64,000 bases of DNA, taken from Prorocentrum cordatum. Its lineage: Eukaryota. The stretch spans positions 496,001-560,000 of the forward strand of contig CAUYUJ010000159.1 of assembly GCA_963575745.1 (NCBI GenBank), read 5' to 3'. A program made the translations under genes and the position numbers. The notes below the pieces were generated by a model. It was not told the DNA's origin and did no database searches. It was given only the letters and a program-made list of their open reading frames with translations. Of the stretch, positions 56,116 to 64,000 are shown piece by piece (position 1 is the first letter of the stretch; the number at the start of each line of letters is the position of its first letter).

Positions 56116-57388
56116 CCCCCTCTACCTATACGCGCCTCTCGCCATCCCCCCGCCGCGCCCCCAGCCCCCCCCCCCCCACCCCGCCCCCCCCCCCCCCCGC
56201 CGATCAATATTACATGGGGTCGGGCGGCGGTGGCGACAGCCCCGCGGCATCTTCGTCGCCGTCAGATCGGCCCAACTCTCTGCCCTCTCATCCAGATTCC
56301 ACCTCGCATCCTTCGCGGCTGCGTGGGCCTGCAGGCGCGCCCGCGGCTGCCCTTGGTTGAGCGCGCGGCGGGGCGCCAAAATACCCCCCAAGGCCTTCAA
56401 AAGGCCAGCGTGCCTGGCGGCGCCCGCGCCGCCGTCGCCGCTTCGCGGGCGCGTCGCCGAATATCCCATGTCAACGCGATTTCTACGCTATTTACGCGCG
56501 TGGAAATTGCATAGAAATTAAATATTCGGTCACGGGGGAGGGGGGGGGGCGCCTCGCCAACTACCTCCAGCGCCTCCCTCGCCCCCCCGCCCATCCCCCA
56601 CCGGCGACCCACGGTCCAATCGACCCCGACCCCATCCCCTCCCCGCCCGCCCCACCAACCGCGATCGAAACGATTCGCCCCCCGCGCGTCCGAATCGGGG
56701 GGCGCGGCCTCGCTCGTCGGGGCGCGCCTCTCGAACGCCTTCGCGAACGCAATGTACTCGGGGAGTTCAACTGCTGGGCCACTGTGGCCACCGCGGGTCA
56801 TCCTCGCCCCCCCGCCCCCCCCCCCCCTGGGCCCCTCTGCCCCCCCGCCTCCTCCAGCCCCGACGCCGCGCTCGGCCGCCCTGGGCCGCGCGGCGAGGGG
56901 GGGGAGAGCAAGGCGAACTCGGGGGGGGGGGGGGGGTCGAGGCGCGGGGCGGCGGCGCGACCAGGGGGCAGAAGGGCGAGGATTGGGCAGGGCTGGGCGA
57001 AGTAGACGGAGGCGGGAGAGAAGTGCGAACGAGGATGAGAAAGCGGAAGGCGACGAGGGATAAGGGAAGTGGAGAAGCGGTCGCAGGGAGCAGGGGCAGG
57101 AGGGGGGGGGGGGGGGCGCGAAATAACGAAGGGAGACAGTAACAAGATAAACATGGAGGGGCATCAACATATAACAATGTAGTCCGAGGAAGAGGCGACC
57201 GAATGCGAGCGGTGGGCGACGGCAACCCATCCGATCGGACCTTGGATAAACATTAAAGTTATGGGATGTGGAGTTGGATCCACTCTTCTGGATCCAACCT
57301 AGCTCGTGGATCCACTTTGGGCTGGATCCACCTAGCTCCCAACATTGCGCATGGGTCCACTGCGCCTCCGGGATCCTGAGGACCTCTG

Positions 57389-60300
57389 GATTGGAACATG
57401 GCGCCAGAGGAGCTGCCCATGCACTGGCTGGGGGTCGTCTCAGGGGCGGTCTTTGCGCCCGAGGCGCCCACGCGCTGCATGTCCTTGCCGCGGAGGGCGC
57501 TGGACTACGCGGTGATCGCAGCAACCTCGCCCCGAGGATCCGAAGGCCGTCGTGCGAGGGGGCGCCCCCCCGCCCGCGCACCGCGCCGTGGACCTCGCGA
57601 TCCTGGGCGAGGACCGCGCCCCGCGGCAGCGCCCGCCCAGAGAGCCTGCCCCGCCGCCCCCGTGCGCGCGGGATGCGCGAGGCCACCGCTGGCGGAGCTG
57701 CGGGGCGCCGCGCGTCGCCAGATCTGCCAGGCGACTACACTGGGCGAGCTGCAGGGCTGCCGGGGCATGACGCTGCAAGGGATCGAGGCCGAGCTCTTCG
57801 ACGCCTGGGACCTCGTCGGCGACGGCAGGGCGCGGTGCTGAGGGCGCGCGGGGCCGCCCGAGACCCGCTGCGCGCGGCTGCGGTGGGCGCCGCCGCGCAA
57901 GCGGCTCAGGGCCGGCCCCGCGATGCCGGCCCGGGCTGCGGTCGCCCGCTGGGCTAAGCACGTGCTGCGCGCGCGCAGCTGGCGTGGGCGGTGGGCCACA
58001 GGTAGCCCAGCCTGGCGCAGTCAAGAACCTGGCCGAGCTGGTGGCCTTCTTTCAACGCGCGCAGGGTGCCGAGCAAGTTCGGGGCGAGGTCCCCAGCGAA
58101 GTTGCTGACCTTTTCCGCCTCGGCCCGGGCATGCCGAGCTGTTGCGCGAGCGCCGGGCGGCCGCGCCCAAGCGGCGCGAGGAGTGGATCGACGCGGCGTT
58201 CGCCAACGGTGCCAGCGGGGCGAGCAGAGCGACGCGGGCGCAGGAGCGCCTCGAGCTCGTCGGGGCGGACTGCCAAGGCGGGCCTGCCCAGCTCACCGAC
58301 CGGGCCACGGGCGAGCGGGGGCGCCCGCGGGCGGCCCATGGCGCCGCCAGAGAGGCCGCCCTCGGTTATGCAGCCAGCTGGCCCGAGCTGCCCTCGATCA
58401 ATGGCGCGGGCGACAGGCGCGCGCTGGGCGCGTTCCCGTGGCGGACGGCTGCAGGCCAGTCCCGTCTGCGCCCGCGGCAGCTGTGATTCGCGTCGGACGA
58501 CGCCATGGCGGTGCTGGCGGCCTTTTTCACGCGGTGCGAAGAATGGTTCAGCTGGCCGTCGGAGAGAATCGTCAACGTGATGGTCCGACTGCCCAAGCCC
58601 AAACCAGGTGGCAGCTGGCGACGCCTGATCACCCCGGCCAACACTATCATTCGTGTCTGGGCGCGGGCGCGCAGGCCTCTGTCGCAGCAGTGGGTCAGGA
58701 ACAACCCCGACCAGGCGACCTTCGGGATGCGGAGCGGGGCCACTGCTACTGCGCCCGCGCTCCAGCACAACATCCAGGCGAAGATCGCGCATCTCCTCGG
58801 GGAGACCAGTTGGGCGGTGATCATGGACCTCCACGAGGCCTTCGACAGCGTTCTCATCGGCCCACTGATCGAGCAGGCGCGCGACCTCGGCTTTCCCATG
58901 AGGCTGGTCTGGATGTGCGTCAGCTACTTCAGGGTGCCGCGAGTGCTCCGGGCCTATGGGTCCAGGAGCCGCGGCGCTGTGGCCAACGGCAGCACCCTCG
59001 CGGGCTGCGCTCGCGGCGCGGCGCTGCTGACGGTGCCGTTGTTCAAGGCTGTGGCGCGCCTGCGCGGCGTCGCGGAGCAGCTGGCCCCGCGCTCGCTGAT
59101 GGGCGACCTCACCGCGCAATGGATCGGCCAGGTGAGCGACGGGGGCGTCGCCACGCTGCGCGCGGCCGCCCAGAGCTTCACGGGGCAGGCGCGGCCGCTG
59201 GGCGCGCGGGTCAAGATGGCCAAGTCGGGCCGGCTAGCCACCTCGCAGGAAGCCAGGGAAGAATTTCGGCCAGCCGCGCCCGCGCTGGCGCTGCCCGAGC
59301 GGCAGGGGTTCCGCAACCTGGGCCGCGACGCGCACGGGGCGGCAGTGCCGCGTCGACACGCTGGTCAGGATGGCGGGGCCCAGGGCCCAGGCCCTCTGGC
59401 GGACGGGCTTGCCCCCGCGCGCGCGGCGCGACGGTCGGCGGCGTCGGCGAGGCGCCGCCGGCGGAGCTGCGGCGCAGGGCAGCGACGCTCTGCAGCGGGC
59501 GCGGCGGCGAAGGGGCGGCCTCCATCACAGGCTACCGTGCGACGCACAAGGACCCGTTGAACGGGTCCTTGTGCGTCGCGACTTCGACCCGATGCACGAG
59601 GCGACGGCAGGCCCACAGCCTGCGCTGCCCATGTGTGGGACGGCCACCTCCCACTCGCCAGGCCCCAGCAGGCCCGGGCGGCGCTCCGGCGGAGGTGGGC
59701 GGACGCGGCGCCGACGTGGCGCGCGGCCCGCGGCCCGCTCGCGGTGGCGTGGATGAGCCTGCGACGCATCGGCTGGGGCGCGCACTCCAGCCTGGTCCTC
59801 CTGGGCGACCTGGGCGACGAGAGGCGCGGGGTCGAGCTCCTCAGGTTGCCCCCCCTGGAGATGCGCACGCCGGCGCGCGGGGGGGTGGCCAGACGGCAGG
59901 GGCGGCGGATCCTCAGCCGCCGCCAGGCCGCCCGCCCCCCCGCAGGGACCAAGGCCCAGACGCGGGCGGCCAGGCGCGCGCTGGCGCCGCCCAGGGCCAA
60001 GATCCGCGGGCCGCGCGCTGGCCGCGCGCATGGCGTGGGCGGGCGGTGCTTGGGGCGCGGTGCGACGGCTTGAGGCGGGCTACATCCGCAGGCCCCCGCT
60101 GCCCCGTCCGCGTGGAGCCGACGTCTGGGACGCGGGGCCACTGGTTCTACGAGTGCGAGAGGGTCGTCTCCATTGGCGGCGAGCCCGAGACGGGCGCGGC
60201 GCTGGCAGATGACGGAGCAGCAGCTGAGGGCCAAGCAGCGCATGGGCGACAAGTGCCACATCGGGCTGGGCGACGCCGACTACGACCGCTTCGACCCCGT

Positions 60301-60990
60301 CGCCGGCCTGCCGACGGTGCCGCGCGAGGTGCCGGCGGCCGCCAGGGTGGCTGACATCTCCCCGTGGGGCGACTGGGCGCTGGACGACGGCGTCGACGCC
60401 ACGGTCGTCTACTCCGACGGTTCGGGGTGCGAGCCAGCCGCGCCCGAGCTCACGCGCTGCGGCTGGGCGATCGCGCAGCTGGGCGTGATGGGCTCGCCGA
60501 GGCGCGCCGCTTGCGGGGCCCTGCCTGGCGCCCGCCAGACGGTGGGCAGGGCCGAGCGGTGGGCCCTCCTGCAGGCGCTGCCGCTGCTGCCGAGCACGAA
60601 GTTCCTGGTCACCGACCTGGTGGGCCTGCAGCGCGAGATCCTGGAGCGGGACCCTCGGCGCGCCAGATCGGTCGGCACCTATGCGGACATCTGGAGGCAG
60701 ATTTTCGAAGCAAGGAAGGGCCAGGCGCCACCAGACGCGCTGTGGTGCCCTTCGCACCACTCGTACATCGAGTACGCCGAGGACCCGTGCCGTGACGTCG
60801 CGGACTTCCTCGGCAATGAGTGGGCTGGCTGGTTTGCCAAGCAAGGGGCTCGTGAGCACAGGCTCCGAGCTGCTTTGGCGGACCTCGGAGTGATCATGCA
60901 CCGATGGAGGTTGCCTCGGCCACGCCCGCAGCCGAGTCCCCGAACCAGCGCCGGAGGCGGCGCGTCCGCTCCAAGCAAGCCCCGGCATCA
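57389..60990 (+). mobile_element. LINE B, 3' part: C-terminal half of APE, RT and RNase H, degenerate
   Basis: DWNMAPEEL...APT...ALDYAV; RT LPKPKPGG..RLI, MDLHEAFD, LAGC; RNase H VYSDGSG, QTVGRAERWA, VTDL, WCPSH, GNEWAG. Confidence 0.8.
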
Positions 60991-61029
60991 GGCGACGTCG
61001 CCTCCCTCACTGGCTCCGCACTCCGCCAC

Positions 61030-63240
61030 CTCAAAAGCCATGTTGTTCCAGCAGCCAAGACAGTGAAATATCTAGGGGCTAAGCTGCGCGCGGACGGCTC
61101 CCACCAGGACGAGGTAACCAGTCGCATCAGCGCCGCCAACGCCAGCCATGGCCGACTTGCTGCCCGAACATATAAAGGCCTGTTTGGCCTCAAACTTAGA
61201 GTCCGCATCTGGCAGACCATTGTCCGGTCGGTCGCGCTTTACGCACTCGAGGTGGCAGTCTTGACCAAAGGTGAGCTACGACGCCTTGAGCGCTGGCAGA
61301 CTATCAAGTTGCGCCACCTACTCCGCCAGCCGGCACATACCACGCACCTGAATAACTACGAGGTCCGTCGACGTTGCCGGGTATTCACTGTGGAGAGCAC
61401 GCTGCTGGAGCGCCGCCTGCGCTGGTGGCAGCGAGTCGTTCGCCCAGGCCTTGCAGCCGACCCGCCAGACTACGACCCCACCCTCGCCTTGCGCGCAACG
61501 ATCTTTGGGCGTCTCTCGTTTGAGGGCCCACAGTCCTATGAGAAAACGGCTCGATTACGGCAGCTCGAATCTGACATCCACTCCCTATGGAACGTCTTGG
61601 CCCCAGATGCCCAGCAACGTGCTGCAGCTGACCACCTACTGACAGGACTCCCGCAGGTTACACGCCCGTGGATGGCCTGGCTTGCCTCGGTGCCGCTGGG
61701 CGTCATCAAGAGAGTTTGCACACATGCGGCTACTACTGATTCTGCCCATGGAGCCGGTGCGACTACGGAGGTACCCTTACTTACATGCCCGGATTGCGGG
61801 GGCAAGTACCGCGGCCCGAAAGGGCTTGACATTCACCGCAAAGAGGCCCATAACATCGATGCGAACCCGTTCCAAATCCCAGTGGAATACATATCGCGGC
61901 TCCAGTGCCACCATTGTCTGCAGGTATTCGCCCGGAAGGATTCCCTTGTCAAGCATTTCCGTAAGCAGCGGTGCAAGAGCATCGTGCATGGCCAGGGCGA
62001 CGCGCCCCGCAACGAAGGGCCAGGAGGGGTTGAGATCAATTCAGCGGGGGGCGCAGTGCAAGTCAATCCGTCTGGCGTGGAGGCTCAAGCCTTTTCGGTT
62101 CCAGCTGTGCTTGAGGACGGGCCCCAGGCAGAGGACCCTCGCAGCCATGTTCGGCGCCCTGGGGGCCCCGACCTCCGTCAAGCGCCCGGCAGAGGCTGCC
62201 GCGGCGTCGCCGGCCGACGAGGACAGCAGCGATATCCGCAAGTTGAACAAGTTGATGGCGAAGCTTCTTCTACAACACGAAGATCACATCAGGGGAGACA
62301 TCCGCGACGAGAACGTGGTGGTGACAGTGACGAGGGACAGCGAGTTCGCACGCAGCCTCGACGGAGCGGTGGACGAGTACGCGTCCAAGGGGAAGGTGGC
62401 CCGGGAGCAGGCCAAGGACCAGGGGCAGCAGTACAAGGGCAATCCCTTGGGCAAGAAACCCGATGCTTATCTCCGGTCGCTCATCCACTTCGTGAATGCG
62501 TTGTACCAGAAGAACAAGGAGGAGGTACTCGCGGCAGCCGCTCAGGGCCATCGAGCGGAGGAGGCACGCCAGGCCCTCGACGCGCTCGGTCGCTTCGCCC
62601 AGGCGGCGAAGAACATGGAGGCGCGCTTCCCAGCCACCAGGTGCTTCCGCATCGAGACCAAGGAGAACGACAAGGAAATTCACAAGTGGATCTTCGCGGC
62701 GAACAGCATGCAGGAGCTCATGACCAGCTTCTTCGTGCTACGGGAGAACGGTTGCATGAAGGCGGCCAGCCTCACCCTGGACTACGACCACGCTCCGCGG
62801 GCGAAAGTCGCCAAGGAGATCGAGGCGATGGTATTCCGCGGAGGTTCGTCCAGCCAAGGGTCGAGTAAGAAACCCAAGAAGAAGTGAGCAGGTAGTTCCA
62901 CCACGGAGCAGAGTTGGGGCCATGGCGGCACGGGGGCAAGGGTGGGGAGCCCTTGCCGGTGACGGGGATGCAGCTGACAGCCAGCGCGGAGCTTTTGTTC
63001 GTGCAGTCCTCCCTCCTCCATCTCCCCTCCCCCCGGAGCAAGAATACGTGGTTTCTGTAGTAACGGATGCCGCCAGCAGGGAAAATGACAGATCCTGTCG
63101 TAACGGCGGCCGTGGCTTTGTGAAATGCGGCCGAAGTGTCGCAACGCTGAGCTGTTGCTAAGAATAGGCGGGCTTTGTCGCAACCGATGCCGCAAGCTGC
63201 ACTTGCCGGCACGTAGCGCTCCTCCTCCTCCTCCTCCTCG
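61030..63240 (+). mobile_element. LINE C: 5'-truncated RTE-like element (RT C-terminus, two C2H2-type fingers, extra 3' ORF)
   Basis: VKYLG...EVTSRISAA...LYALE...RRLRWW; CPDCGGKY...IHRKEAH and CHHCLQVF...LVKH. The 3' boundary near the (CCT)n run at ~63220 is approximate. Confidence 0.8.
62147..62887 (+). CDS. Intact 246-aa hypothetical protein downstream of and overlapping LINE C ORF2
   Basis: GCAGCCATG start context, strongly GC3-biased codons, helical content (KLLLQHEDHIR), C-terminal KKPKKK. Confidence 0.7.
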   Translation: MFGALGAPTSVKRPAEAAAASPADEDSSDIRKLNKLMAKLLLQHEDHIRGDIRDENVVVTVTRDSEFARSLDGAVDEYASKGKVAREQAKDQGQQYKGNPLGKKPDAYLRSLIHFVNALYQKNKEEVLAAAAQGHRAEEARQALDALGRFAQAAKNMEARFPATRCFRIETKENDKEIHKWIFAANSMQELMTSFFVLRENGCMKAASLTLDYDHAPRAKVAKEIEAMVFRGGSSSQGSSKKPKKK

Positions 63241-64000
63241 TCTTCTTCCTTGGCTGTTGCATTCACCGGCGTCGCTCCCAGGCTGGAGTCCATGGTAGTT
63301 TTTTTTCCGGTTCCTGAGCGCAGCCGTGCGCCGCCGCAGGGGTGGCGGTGGCACGTCGCTGCCGACTGCGTCCCTGCAAAGGCGGGACGAGCGGACAGCG
63401 TGCCCACGTTGATGCGTCTGCTTTGCTTTCCTCGCCTTTTCGGGCCTCGGGGTCTCGTCCAAGAGAGACCACGCGCCGCATTTGCGGTTGAAACTTCTGA
63501 ACCGAGCTAGACTTCCGAGCTGATGGGGAGTAGCGATGGCCAAAAGGTACGGCTCTGTGCTTGAGGACCTCCGACGCCGTGGGGGGGTCTTTGTGCTGGC
63601 GTGGTACATGGCCGCGCCGGGCATCCTGTCCGATGAGGCCCAGGGCCGCACATGTCGGCAGAGCCTCCCGCCGCCACCGGTGGCAAACGCCGAGATCGGC
63701 CGCCGACGCCGCCTCGTTCGACGGCCAGAGGGCTGTGCATGTACAGCCTGCTCGGCCTCAGCCGCGACTTCGGCAGCGAGGCGCCGTCTCGAGAGGGAGG
63801 AATGTGTTCCCTCCACACTCCGCTCCCTCATGGCCCGTGCGAGGACCCGCCTCATTCCCTCCGACCTCGCCTCGTTTGCCGCGGCGCCGCTCCCTTCGGC
63901 GCGCGAGGATGTCATCGCCGTCGCCCTCCGCGCTGCGGATCGCGTCCTGCGGGATGCGCCGTCTCGACCCGAAGTTGGTCATCCTCGGCCCGCGGCTGCG

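Overview
This is GC-rich eukaryotic nuclear DNA, almost certainly from a dinoflagellate: there is a near-perfect dinoflagellate spliced-leader (DinoSL) relic at 26028-26049, inferred introns use GC/GA donors with AG|G junctions, and all inferred cellular genes lie on the minus strand. Most listed ORFs are shadow or microsatellite ORFs. Real content: (1) a full-length but degenerate Ty1/copia LTR retrotransposon (9921-19730) carrying a C5 DNA-methyltransferase domain. Its 149-bp LTRs end in AC...GT rather than TG...CA, it has a CCCAC TSD, and it has an internal second copy of its PPT/LTR start. (2) Three LINEs: a near-full-length APE-RT-RNase H element sitting in a (TC)n tract, itself inside a ~15-kb block that splits the endonuclease of an older LINE, plus a 5'-truncated RTE-like element with C2H2 fingers and an extra downstream ORF. 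(3) An SL-tagged LAGLIDADG retro-pseudogene. (4) Several spliced minus-strand genes, some with ~100-120-nt hairpin introns bounded by short direct repeats (introner-like). (5) Many satellites and small inverted-repeat elements. A 100-N gap lies at 49674-49773. Exon models were built by eye and need RNA confirmation.
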